Part shown: positions 24,886-36,700 of the stretch, one piece after another
Numbering within the stretch: the stretch's first letter is position 1
How the letters are laid out: each line of letters starts with the position of its first letter
NCBI GenBank assembly: GCA_002269645.1
Contig: NIVC01003166.1
Location: forward strand, 62,001-126,000
Reading direction: 5' to 3'
Source: Macrostomum lignano
Taxonomy: Eukaryota
Length of the DNA stretch: 64,000 bases
Program-made: the position numbers and the translations under genes
Notes under the pieces: generated by a model
Databases searched by the model: none
What the model saw: the letters and a program-made list of their open reading frames with translations, nothing else
What the model was told of the DNA's origin: nothing

Positions 24886-26683
24886 GGAAGGCAGGCAGGC
24901 AGACAGACAGACAGACAGACAGACAGGCAGGCAGACAGACAGGCAGACAGACAGACAGACTGGCAGACAGACAGACAGACAGACAGACACAGACGGACAG
25001 GCCGCACCCCTCCCCAGCCCGCAGCAGTCCCCAAACGAGCTGGCAGCCCTAGAGGCGGCCAGCCGCAGCATCCTGGAGGTGGTTAACGGCACCCTGAGCC
25101 GGGTGAGCCTGGCCGCTAACCCGCACCTGGTGTACACCATGCTGCACCAGCGAGCCGCTCTGTTCAACAAGCGACTGCTGCAGAACCGCACAGAGCTGGC
25201 TGAGCTGGCGGCAAACCTGCTGACGGTGTCGCAGCACTTCGCCGCCGCTGTGGCGAGAGACTCGGCGGCCGGGTCAGCGGCAGCTCAGCAGCAGCAGCAG
25301 GCGGCGGATGGTGGCGAACTTGCCGCCCTGCCGCCGCCTTCGCAACTGTCCGAGGCTCGGATTATGCAGGTGAGAGGGAGAGCTCTGGTTTATTATGATG
25401 ATGTGGGCACTCAAAAGTCGGTGGATTATGTTCAGGCTTTATGTTTCGGTATTGCATTTTACGATCCCTCCTCTAATTGGCGTCGGTCAGTGTAATTAGT
25501 CACTGAGTTGAATTTTAGTCTGGGAAATCTTAGTTGTTGATACCGATATCCTAATTAGGAAAAAAACTCACGCTAGAGAAATCCCAGTTAAAGCAAACCC
25601 CAGTAATGGAAATCACAGCTAGGAAAATCCCAGTTAGGGAAATGTCGTTTAGAAGAACCACAGTTAAGGAAATCAGTTTTTTAATGAAATCCCGGATAGG
25701 TAACTTATAGTTAGGAAATTCCCGTTATGGATTTCCCAGTTAGGGAAATCCCAGTCAGGGAAACCCCAGTTATAGATATCCCAGTTAGGGAAACCCCATT
25801 GTTGTAAATTTCAGATTCGTAACTCCCAGTCAGGGAAATCCCATTGTTGTAAATCTCAGATAGGTAACTCCCAATACGAAAATTCTCGTTATGGAAATCC
25901 CAGTTCTGGAAATTACAGTTAGGGAAATCCCAATCAGGGAAATCCCAGTTAGGGAAATCCCAGTTAGGGAAATCCCAGTTAGGGAAATCCCAGTTAGGGA
26001 AATCCCAGTTAGTGAAATCCCATTGTAAATTTCAGATTCGTAACTCCCAGTTAGGGAAATCGCAGTTAGGGAAATTCCAATTAGGTAAATCCTTTTAGGG
26101 AAATTCCATTCAGAGAAACCCATCTAAAGAAATCATATTTAAGGAAATCCCAGTTAGAAAAATCCTTTTTAGGGGAATCATATTTGTAACAGTTCCAGTT
26201 GTTTGCGACATTTGAAATTATTGATAAAAAAGCATGGGTGCAAATGCTAGCTTAAAACCTTGCTTCAATCGCCTCACCAATTCGCAGGTAATCTCCTCAA
26301 GCTGCGCCAGCTTCAAACGCGAACGACTCCGCCAGTTCCCGGAGCCACGATTTAAATACGTTGAAGAGGCCAAGCCGGACGATTTTTTTGTGCCTTACAT
26401 CTGGGCTCTGGTCTACAAGCACTCGGGACTGTACTTTAACCCCGCTAGAATCACCTTATTGAAGCCGGCGGCGTCTGCTGCTTCTGCTTCCGCGTCTGCT
26501 TCCGCGTCTGCTTCCGCGCCTGCTTCCGCGCCTGCTTCTGCGTCTGCTTCCGCGTCTGCTTCTGCGTCTGCTTCCGCCGCCCGGTCTGGGACAGCAGCAA
26601 CAACAGCAGTAGCAAAAGCAGCCAAAGCCGCCACTTCCGCCTCAGTTGTTGCTTCCGCTCCAATGGAAACCACTGTTGTTTAA
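19376..26683 (+). CDS. DYM: Dymeclin; join(19376..19843,20754..21191,22528..23255,25018..25369,26288..26683), 793 aa
   Basis: Dymeclin-like segments occur in order: MGSNVS...FWTNLLS, NNRTSGNLNALL, LLSRQSLLL, NCMAALAN, LHPYACQKL, LEVVN...NPHLVYTML, and C-terminal FPEPRFKYVEEAKPDDFFVPYIW. All four introns are GT..AG with consistent phases (0,0,2,0); total 2382 nt. Confidence 0.92.
19911..20685 (+). repeat. 34-bp minisatellite in DYM intron 1
   Basis: (AAATCCTGTCAGCTATAAACATCCTACTGACAAG)n, about 22 copies. Confidence 0.95.
21262..22215 (+). repeat. 41-bp minisatellite in DYM intron 2
   Basis: (CTGTGCGCTGATTGGCTGCTGTATATCTGTGTCTTTTGTAG)n, about 23 copies. Confidence 0.95.
23320..24998 (+). repeat. 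(CAGA)n compound microsatellite in DYM intron 3
   Basis: About 1.7 kb of CAGA with CAGG/CATG interruptions and block duplications. Confidence 0.97.
25575..26170 (+). repeat. 15-bp degenerate minisatellite (AGGGAAATCCCAGTT)n in DYM intron 4
   Basis: Direct reading; best conserved at 25921-26010. Confidence 0.85.
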
Positions 26684-26804
26684 ATTTTTATAGGAAATGT
26701 TATGGTAAACAAATTAGTAAGACTGACCCGTACAATGAAACTGGCTAATTGATGATAGTAATGTTTTTTGTCAACGTTGGTTTTGGTCAAAACTGACTGT
26801 ACTC

Positions 26805-27617
26805 AAGTGTACACAGACATGTTTAGCTTCAGTATCTAGTACAGGTGTACACATTTAGCTTCAGTATCTAGTACAGGTGTACACATTTAGCTTCAGTATC
26901 TAGTACAGGTGTACACATTTAGCTTCAGTATCTAGTACAGGTGTACACATTTAGCTTCAGTATCTAGTACAGGTGTACACATTTAGCTTCAGTATCTAGT
27001 ACAGGTGTACACATTTAGCTTCAGTATCTAGTACAGGTGTACACTGACATTTTTAGCTTCAGTATCTAGTACAGGTGTACACATTTAGCTTCAGGATCTA
27101 GTACAGGTGTACACATTTAGCTTCAGTATCTAGTACAGGTGTACACATTTAGCTTCAGTATCTAGTACAGGTGTACACATTTAACTTCAGTATCTAGTGC
27201 AGGTGTACACTGACATGTTCAGCTTCAGTATCTAGTACAGGTGTACACATTTAGCTTCAGTATCTAGTACAGGTGTACACTGACATGTTCAGCTTCAGTA
27301 TCTAGTACAGGTGTACACTGACATGTTCAGCTTCAGTATCTAGTACAGGTGTACACTGACATGTTCAGCTTCAGTATCTAGTACAGGTGTACACTGACAT
27401 GTTCAGCTTCAGTATCTAGTACAGGTGTACACTGACATGTTCAGCTTCGGTATCTAGTACAGGTGTACACATTTAGCTTCAGTATCTAGTACAGGTGTAC
27501 ACTGACATGTTCAGCTTCAGTATCTAGTACAGGTGTACACTGACATGTTCAGCTTCAGTATCTAGTACAGGTGTACACTGACATGTTCAGCTTCAGTATC
27601 TAGTACAGGTGTACACA
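26805..27617 (+). repeat. 32/38-bp minisatellite downstream of the DYM stop
   Basis: (TTTAGCTTCAGTATCTAGTACAGGTGTACACA)n, with a CTGACATG-containing longer variant. Confidence 0.95.
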
Positions 27618-28074
27618 GATGCGCTGATTTTCTCCACATTAGTGTACACGTGTGTAAAATAAGTTGAACATCAAAAAATCCATTCCTTTATATTATTTGA
27701 TTTGCAGATATAATTTCGCTGCAGTTTCCATTTGTTTATTTACATTTATTGCTTTATTATCAGCTAGCTTTTTTGCAGAGCATTACCTGATTGAGACAGC
27801 AAATCTTGCTTTACAATTATTTATGTTTATTTTCATTATCCATTGTTAAATATTTGCTATTTATCACCTTATATCTCTTGATGTTTTCTGGTGATAGGTG
27901 AGCTATAAAACTAATATATTACTCATTCACGTATATTCTATCAGCGAGTTTCTGGCTACTACTGTGAGTAGGATTTTGTATGTTTTCATTATTCATCGGT
28001 TTTTTATTTAGGCTTTGTGAACTGTTTTGTAGGTTGTTATTGCAGTTTCCGATTATCTATTGTCGATTGTAATG

Positions 28075-28850
28075 CATTGTGAGTTGTTGGTTTTGTCCAT
28101 TGGGAGTTGTGGCTTTTGTGGATTGTGAGTTGCTGGTTTTGTCCATTGGGAAATGTGGCTTTTGTGGATTGTGAGTTGTGGGTTTTGTCCATTGGGAGTT
28201 GTGGCTTTTGTGGATTGTGAGTTGCTGGTTTTGTCCATTGGGAGTTGTGGCTTTTGTGGATTGTGAGTTGCGGGTTTTGTCCATTGGGAGTTGTGGCTTT
28301 TGTGGATTGTGAGTTGTTGGTTTTGTCCATTGGGAGTTGTGGCTTTTGTGGATTTTAAGTTGTGGGTTTTGAGGATTTTAAGTTGTGGGTTTTGAGGATT
28401 GTGAGTTGTGGGTTTTGAGGATTGGGAGTTGTGGGTTTTGAGGTTTGGGAGTTGTGGGTTTTGTGGTTTGGGAGTTGTGGGTTTTGAGGTTTGGGAGTTG
28501 TGGGTTTTGTGGATTGTGAGTTGTGGGTTTTGTGGTTTGGGAGTTGTGGGTTTTGTCCATTGGGAGTTGTTGGTTTTGTCCATTGGGAGTTGTGGCTTTT
28601 GTGGATTGTGAGTTGTTGGTTTTGTCCATTGGGAGTTGTGACTTTTGTGGATTTTGAGTTGTGGGTTTTGAGGATTGGGAGTTGTGGGTTTTGAGGTTTG
28701 GGAGTTGTGGGTTTTGTGGTTTGGGAGTTGTGGGTTTTGAGGTTTGGGAGTTGTGGGTTTTGAGGTTTGGGAGTTGTGGGTTTTGAGGTTTGGGAGTTGT
28801 GGGTTTTGTGGTTTGGGAGTTGTGGGTTTTGTGGTTTGGGAGTTGTGGAT
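28075..28850 (+). repeat. GT-rich compound minisatellite (GGGAGTTGTGGGTTTTG variants)
   Basis: Direct reading; it explains the ORFs at 28037-29043. Confidence 0.9.
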
Positions 28851-29204
28851 TCGTGGAATTTGAGAACTTAACAATCAAATTTGTTTTACTATGAAATGTT
28901 TCAATGGTTTCAATTTGTGCCTTAGCCTCCATTTTTGATCCAAAATAAAGCATTAACAAAGTTTTCACGGTTTTCTTGTTGCAAAAATTACCTAACATTA
29001 TTCTTTTTGCCTCATTAGATTTAGCGAATTCACCTTCGGACATTAACGACTTTTGTTGAAGTTTTCAATTTTTATTCTGAAATTTCGCACCTGAAAAAAA
29101 TAAATAAACTGTTTAATTGCTGACCAGCAGCGTCGCTTCTGTTGAAGCCGTTTCATTTTTTCGTATGAAAAACTGTGGGTTTTTTTGCTTTTTATTGCTA
29201 CAGG

Positions 29205-29855
29205 TTAGGGTCAGGTTTGGGTTAGATTAGGGTAGGGTTTAAGGCATTTTAGGTTCAGGGTTAAGGTCAGGTTTGTTTTAGGGTTTAGGTCTGGTTAGGT
29301 TTAGGGTTTAGGTCAGGTTAGGTTTAGGGTTTAGATCAGATTAGGTTTATGGTTTAGGTCAAATAATGTTTCGGGTTTAGGAAAGGTTAGGTTTAGGGTT
29401 TAGGTTAGGTTTAGGGTTTAGGTTAGGTTAGGTTTAGGGTTTAGGGTCTAGCTCAGGTAAGGCTTAGGGTTTAGGTCAGGTTAGGTTTATGGTTTAGGTC
29501 AGGTTAGGTTTAGAGTTTAGGTCTGCTTAGGTTTAGGGTTTAGGTCAGGTTAGGTTTAGGGTTTAGGTCAGGTTAGGTTTAGGGTTTCGGCCTGGTTAGG
29601 TTTAGGGTTTAGGTCAGGTTAGGTTTACGGCTTAGGTCAGGTTAGGTTTAGGGTTTAGGTCAGGTTAGGTTTAGGGTTTAGGTCAGGTTAGGTTTGGGGT
29701 GTAGGTCAGGTTAGGTTTAGGGTTTAGGTCAGGTTAGGTTTAGGGTTTAGGTCAGGTTAGGTTTAGGGTTTAAGTCAGGTTAGGTTTACGGCTTAGGTCA
29801 GGTTAGGTTTAGGGTTTAGGTCAGGTTAGGTTTAGGGTTTAGGTCAGGTTAGAGT
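29205..29855 (+). repeat. Telomere-like 23-bp array (TTAGGTTTAGGGTTTAGGTCAGG)n
   Basis: Direct reading; built from TTAGG/TTTAGGG subunits. Confidence 0.9.
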
Positions 29856-31304
29856 TTGCATTGAATTAGTACGCACTTGAAGTCTTGGCTAGCAAAGGTC
29901 GCAGCCCCAACCAAAATATTCATGTAGTGCAGTCCCAGAGCAACTACTTTTTCAGGCATGAGGTGCTTGGGTGAGTATCTGTATTCCCTTGGCCCTAATT
30001 AATTATTAACTGGTTTGTTAGATTAGATATATAGAGTGGCCCACTTCGTGGATATTGTTCGCCTTTATCTAAGGCACTAATGCATTATGGATAGTAGTTA
30101 GTGCCAGTGGTGGGTAGGCGTGACAGACAAGACAGCTCTTGCTGCTTTTGTTTTTGGTTGTTTAGCCTTCTTCTGACAGCTTTGCAGTTACTTCTGCTGG
30201 GCGGGCGGCTTCTCGGTCTGGTGCGAGATGTAATGCTGTAAAGCATTAGTGGCGCATGCTGAATTCCCTGCTGCTATTTTTCTGCTGTCGTGGGCTGAAT
30301 TTGTTTTCATCTCGTCAGCCTGAAATATCCCGCAGTTTGCCATCCGTCCCTGTCTCTGCGTTTGCCCTCCGACTTGCTTTTTGCGTGTAATCTGTTTTCC
30401 CTTCTAGTTCCCTCTTCTCACTGCCTGCTCTTCCTCTCAACCTTCTCCACCTTTTCACCCTCTACCCTCCCACATCTCTACCCTTTCCCTATCTACCTTC
30501 TCCTCTCTCTGCCAATCTTGTCTCCACCGTCTCCCCTCTAGCCTCTCCTTTACTTTCTTCCCTCAACCTTGACCCTTCAAGCCTAATCCTCTACCATCTT
30601 ATCTCTACTTCCCGGCCCCTATCTACTGTCTATTCTTTCATCGCTCTCGCTCTTCCTAATTCTTTCATTTTCCAGCCTGTCTCATTTTTAATTATGCATT
30701 GTATCAGTCTGTTGAAGCAATTGCAGAATCTCTTGATCCATTTATAAGTCACGGCTGCATCAGATATTCAACAGGCTTATTTATTGCCCAAGTCGCATCG
30801 GGACAAGCAGCTTACGTATCTTGTATCCTTACGAATTTAGTCCCGCATTTTCTCAATTTCTCAGTTCGTGACGATTTTGTAGCAGAGGGCCCCGGATACT
30901 GTTCCCCGATTGCGCTCTCAACGGCTCTCGAGGATTAGATGACTCTCCCCGACTGTTAATGGAGCAAGGCTTATTTTATGCTCGGCAAGAAGTTTATAAT
31001 TGCGCAGTCACGAGAGAAGCATTTTAAGTGCCTAAATATACACAGCAAAGAGAAGATCGGCTCAGTACTAATGCATTAGGCTGCGACCCCATTAATATTC
31101 AGTCAAGAATTGTGCGCGCGCGCGCGCTTCAGATTCGCATGGGTGAAGCGCGATCTTAATCTCTTTCTGTATTCCCTATTTGCACACGGAATCCACCATG
31201 CGCTGGACTGAGCCGAAGACTCCCCGAGTCAATAACTGGAGTACTTGTAGCAACTCACTCACCAAAATGCATTTCTGCGGATCATCTCTTAGTTAGAAGA
31301 TACT

Positions 31305-31565
31305 TATAGTCAGGCGAGGGGCTGTGTGCACCCTGGCGTACTTTAAGCGACATTGTCACACAATCGGTGAGAGGGATTACTGCCCATTCTGCCGACTCCC
31401 CTGAGCAGGCATACAAGCTATGCACAATCGCACACTTACACTTACGGCCCTAACGTTAAACAACACGAGCAGAGCCAGGCTGAGATTCCAATTTATCCCC
31501 AAACTAATCTGACTGCACTTGGAATCGAGCCTGGGCCGCTGACACATCAGCGCGCTGGGCTATTA
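31305..31565 (-). mobile_element. Second copy of the same SINE (internally deleted, reverse orientation)
   Basis: Reverse complement shares the head (tagcccagcg...cccaggctcgattccaagtgcagtc) and the 3' body (gagtcggcagaatgggcagtaat...cgccagggtgcacac) with 5212-5581. Confidence 0.8.
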
Positions 31566-33487
31566 GAACTTCAAGACTTCTATCAATTGTCGAATGTGAG
31601 TAATCTGTAAAGCATGGAGTCTGCAGATGACCTGCAACTTCTGTGGGTCATAGAGGCTCGGAACTGTAAAGGCTTGTAAACTAACTATAGGCTTGTAAAA
31701 GACGCTTCCAATCCAGATTCTACTTTAAGGAGGCCTTGACAGGGACAGCTGGGAGCAGCGTATCTAACGAATTCCGTTCCCTGATTTGCCGTCCCTCCCC
31801 GTTTCTACTTTCGTCTCCCTCCAACCCTCGCCCACCCCTCCCACAGCCGTCCAGATGCAGATATAAAATCCCTTGGAGAGAGAGATATATCATCAATTCA
31901 GAAAGCATTCTTCTTTATTTTCTTCCCATTTCCTTCATCATTTCCCAGTATATAACAGCTAAAGGAATCTTATAGTTTAGCAACCCGTATCCATATATTT
32001 ATCCATATTTAGCCAATGAAATATATCAGCGTCTATTTAACCAAAATTCTTCGTAGAAGCAGGTGGCTGAATTAAAGATTCAACTATTTTCATTAAATTG
32101 TGCGCCTTTAAAGGTGAGGAAATATTGAGGTTTTTTCTAGCACTTGCTTCGTCAAGTTTTTCATTTGCTGCTTAGCTCTCATTTAAGTATTCAAAGTAAC
32201 AACAGAGACGTTAAGGGAGAGGAGATAGAAATGAAAGAGGGGAAAGAGAGATAGAGATGAGAGAGGAGAGAGATGAGATACCTTAAGAGAGGGGAGAGAG
32301 AGGGATAGAGATGAGAAAGGGGGAGAGAGATGAGACAGGGGAAGAGAGATGAGACAGGGGAAGAGAGATGAGACAGGGGGAGAGAGATGAGACAGTGGGA
32401 GAGAGGGATAGAGATAAAACAGGAGAGAGAGGGATAGAGATGAGACAGGGGGGGGGAGCGACAGAGATGAGACACAGGAGAGAGAGAGAGAGGGATAGAG
32501 GATGAATAACAAAAAACAACTCGAAATGAATATCTAGATATCCGCACCAATCCATTCTGAGCACTGCAAATTTCTCTAGTGTGGTATTCAATCCAATCAA
32601 GGATTGCCATAATTAATCTGGGAATTGCATATTTCCCAACGGGTGTAATCTGATCCTAGACAAAAAAAAATAATCAAAGCGGGAAAAACTGATTGAATCT
32701 ATAAGCGTCGGACGCACGACGAAATCCTTGAATCTGATTTGTACTTTTAAGAATTTGGATAGTAAGATAAAAAATAGTCTTGTTCTCGAAAATAATTATA
32801 AAATTGGCTTACAATCACAGTTTCAGCAAGAATTTTTTTACAAGAGATGCTTATATGTTAAGACAATTAGGAAATTCACGCCACATTGCGTGCTCTGAGA
32901 CTCGCTCTATCTGTGTAGGATATTTGGGGTGGGACAGGCCGATGTCGGCAATCTATGCTCTACTCTGTCTACATTTTTGTAGAACTGTAATACGAGTATA
33001 TGCAATTCTAAAAATAGCCTTGCCGAAATGCAATCGCTAAATCCCGGTGGCTAACTGCAGGGACGGACAGTACTGCGACTGTTGGGTTAGCAGTGTGAGA
33101 TTCGTGGATCGATATAAGAAGAGTAGCATCTGGGGCAGTTGCATGGCATCTTCGCGCACGCAGCATCCGCCCTGTCGCGCGCAAGAGAGAGAGAGAAAGA
33201 GAGAAGGGACAAGAATAGAGAATGGGTAAAAACCAAGCTTGGGATAGAATGTTGTGCAGAGTGGGAGGGAGGGAGAGAAGAGGCTTGGTGGTCTAGAATA
33301 GGAGTTTCGACAGTTTACATGTACCTGATTGCGTACTTTCATGCTCTAATGTTTCTTAGATGCAAGTGGCTCTCACTGATTATTTGCTTGTAACGATTTA
33401 CGATTTACATTTTTACTTTGTTTTGACCGATTCGAACCGCTAAGTTACCCAAATCCCATGCCAGTGAATTTTGAAAACAAACTTTTC

Positions 33488-33695
33488 ACCAACCCCCCAC
33501 ACAGCCAGTTCAGACCCCTCACTATCGCACCAACCCCCCACAAAACCAGTTCAGACCCCTCACTATCGCACCAACCCCCCACACAGCCAGTTCAGACCCC
33601 TCACTATCGCACCAACCCCCCACACAGCCAGTTCAGACCCCTCACTATCGCACCAACCCCCCACAGCCAGTTCAGACCCCTCACTATCGCACCAA
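33488..33695 (+). repeat. 41-bp minisatellite, 5 copies, just upstream of the repeat-protein gene
   Basis: (CACCAACCCCCCACACAGCCAGTTCAGACCCCTCACTATCG)5. Confidence 0.92.
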
Positions 33696-33775
33696 CTACC
33701 CGCAGCATTCTCCTACTCCAATCAACCAAACGTTGCTGCATCCGGCAGCCCTAGCCGGCCTGCACAATAGCCGGA

Positions 33776-36700
33776 ATGGGCAACCGAGCTAGCAGTGGTG
33801 TCGCAAATCGTCAGAATCACCATCGGGGTCGTCGGCGTCGCGGCGGCCACACCGGACCTCTAGGCGACACGACACCGGCTGACTGGCTGATGATGCTGAG
33901 TCTGCGCGGCAGCAGCGGCCTCCAAGCCTGCAACTGCGACCCGGACACCGCGGCGCTGATGCAATCAGCTTTGGCTCAGAGCTACCGGCCCGGACTGAAG
34001 TGGTGCAATCACGATGGTCGACTGTGGACAGCGAAACTGCAGGGCCAGCCGTGGCACAGTCAGTGCCCCCGCGAGATCGACCAGATGGCTAAGCACGCTC
34101 TTAGTCAATTGTTGCAATCTTTATTTAGAGCCGGCTGGCGTCATCCAGTTGCTATGGAGACGTTGAGACGCTCGCAATTGTGCATCTGGTTATTGACGAA
34201 GCAATCGCCTCTGCCGGAGACTGAAGTGTTTTGCCTGGCGCCGAGCTGCTCTGATCGACTTACTTTGCTGGGCAGACCGCCGCCTGGGGCGTACGATGCT
34301 GTGGTTGGGGCTGTGCAGCGGTGTTGGCCAAAGGGACTCAGACCTGCGGCTGCTGGGGCCCCCGGCTGCTCTCACGGTGGGTTGAGAGTGTGAGAGACGT
34401 TGTGATTTAGACTGTGGTAGAGTGAGGCTGTGGTAGAGTGAGGCTGTGGTAGAGTGATGCTGTGGTAGAGTGAGGATGTGGTAGAGTGATGCTGTGGTAG
34501 AGTGATGCTGTGGTAGAGTGAGACTGGTAGAGTGAGGCTGTGGTAGAGTGAGGCTGTGGTAAAGTGAGGCTGTGGTAGAGTGAGGCTGTGGTAGAGTGAG
34601 ACTGGTAGAGTGAGGCTGTGGTAGAGTGAGGCTGTGGTAGAGTGATGCTGTGGTAGAGTGAGACTGTGGTAGAGTGAGGCTGTGGTAGAGTGAGACTGTG
34701 GTAGATTGAGACTGTGGTAGAGTGAGGCTGTGGTAGAGTGAGGCTGTGGTGGACTAAGACTGTGGTAGAGTGAGGCTGTGGTAGAGTGAGACTGTGGTAG
34801 AGTGAGGCTGTGGTAGAGTGAGGCTGTGGTGGACTAAGACTGTGGTAGAGTGAGGCTGTGGTAGAGTGAGGCTGTGGTGGACTAAGACTGTGGTAGAGTG
34901 AGGCTGTGGTGGACTAAGACTGTGGTAGAGTGAGGCTGTGGTAGGGTGAGGCTGTGGTGGACTAAGACTGTGGTAGAGTGAGGCTGTGGTAGAGTGAGGC
35001 TGTGGTAGAGTGAGACTGTGGTAGAGTGAGACTGTGGTAGAGTGAGGCTGTGGTAGAGTGAGACTGTGGTGGACTAAGACTGTGGTAGAGTGAGGCTGTG
35101 GTAGAGTGAGGCTGTGGTGGACTAAGACTGTGGTAGAGTGAGGCTGTGGTAGAGTGAGGCTGTGGTGGACTAAGACTGTGGTAGAGTGAGGCTGTGGTAG
35201 AGTGAGGCTGTGGTAGAGTGAGGCTGTGGTAGAGTGAGACTGTGGTAGATTGAGGCTGTGGTAGAGTGAGACTGTGGTAGATTGAGACTGTGGTAGAGTG
35301 AGGCTGTGGTAGAGTGAGGCTGTGATGGACTAAGACTGTGGTAGAGTGAGGCTGTGGTAGAGTGAGGCTGTGGTGGACTAAGACTGTGGTAGAGTGAGGC
35401 TGTGGTAGAGTGAGGCTGTGGTGGACTAAGACTGTGGTAGAGTGAGGCTGTGATAGAGTGAGGCTGTGGTGGACTAAGACTGTGGTAGAGTGAGGCTGTG
35501 GTAGAGTGAGGCTGTGGTGGACTAAGACTGTGGTAGAGTGAGGCTGTGGTGGACTAAGACTGTGGTAGAGTGAGGCTGTGGTAGAGTGAGACTGTGGTAG
35601 AGTGAGGCTGTGGTAGAGTGAGACTGTGGTAGATTGAGACTGTGGTAGAGTGAGGCTGTGGTAGAGTGAGGCTGTGGTAGAGTGAGGCTGTGGTGGACTA
35701 AGACTGTGGTAGAGTGAGGCTGTGGTAGAGTGAGGCTGTGGTGGACTAAGACTGTGGTAGAGTGAGGCTGTGGTAGAGTGAGGCTGTGGTAGAGTGAGAC
35801 TGTGGTAGAGTGAGACTGGTAGAGTGAGGCTGTGGTAGAGTGAGACTGTGGTAGATTGAGACTGTGGTAGAGTGAGGCTGTGGTAGAGTGAGGCTGTGGT
35901 GGACTAAGACTGTGGTAGAGTGAGGCTGTGGTAGAGTGAGGCTGTGGTGGACTAAGACTGTGGTAGAGTGAGGCTGTGGTAGAGTGAGGCTGTGGTAGAG
36001 TGAGACTGTGGTAGATTGAGGCTGTGGTAGAGTGAGACTGTGGTAGATTGAGACTGTGGTAGAGTGAGGCTGTGGTAGAGTGAGGCTGTGGTGGACTAAG
36101 ACTGTGGTAGAGTGAGGCTGTGGTAGAGTGAGGCTGTGGTGGACTAAGACTGTGGTAGAGTGAGGCTGTGGTAGAGTGAGGCTGTGGTAGAGTGAGACTG
36201 TGGTAGAGTGAGGCTGTGGTAGAGTGAGGCTGTGGTGGACTAAGACTGTGGTAGAGTGAGGCTGTGGTAGAGTGAGGCTGTGGTGGACTAAGACTGTGGT
36301 AGAGTGAGGCTGTGGTGGACTAAGACTGTGGTAGAGTGAGGCTGTGGTAGAGTGAGGCTGTGGTAGACTAAGACTGTGGTAGAGTGAGGCTGTGGTAGAG
36401 TGAGGCTGTGGTGGACTAAGACTCTGGTAGAGTGAGGCTGTGGTGGACTAAGACTGTGGTAGAGTGAGGCTGTGGTAGAGTGAGGCTGTGGTAGAGTGAG
36501 ACTGTGCTATAGTAAGGCTGAGACAATGGTGAGGCATTTTGAGAAGCTGACAGTACACTGTGGAATAGACAGACATGCACCTGCAACTTATAGAATAAAT
36601 TGTTTTATGGAAGACGGCCGCACCGTGTGAAATTTCCCCTACTCAGACAATCAGCTCAATGAGCAGCAGCAGGGAACTACCGAGCTGCGTCTTCGAGGTA

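Noticed and set aside
23274-25191. Long ORFs of 450-630 aa (VCLS/TDRQ repeats)
   Set aside because: They are translations of the (CAGA)n microsatellite. Only the end of ORF 24569..25495 (from 25018) is a real DYM exon.
26234-26287. ATG at 26234 (MGANAS...) as a separate gene start
   Set aside because: It lies upstream of the acceptor ttcgcag|26288. The downstream sequence is the dymeclin C-terminus and joins in phase to exon 4.
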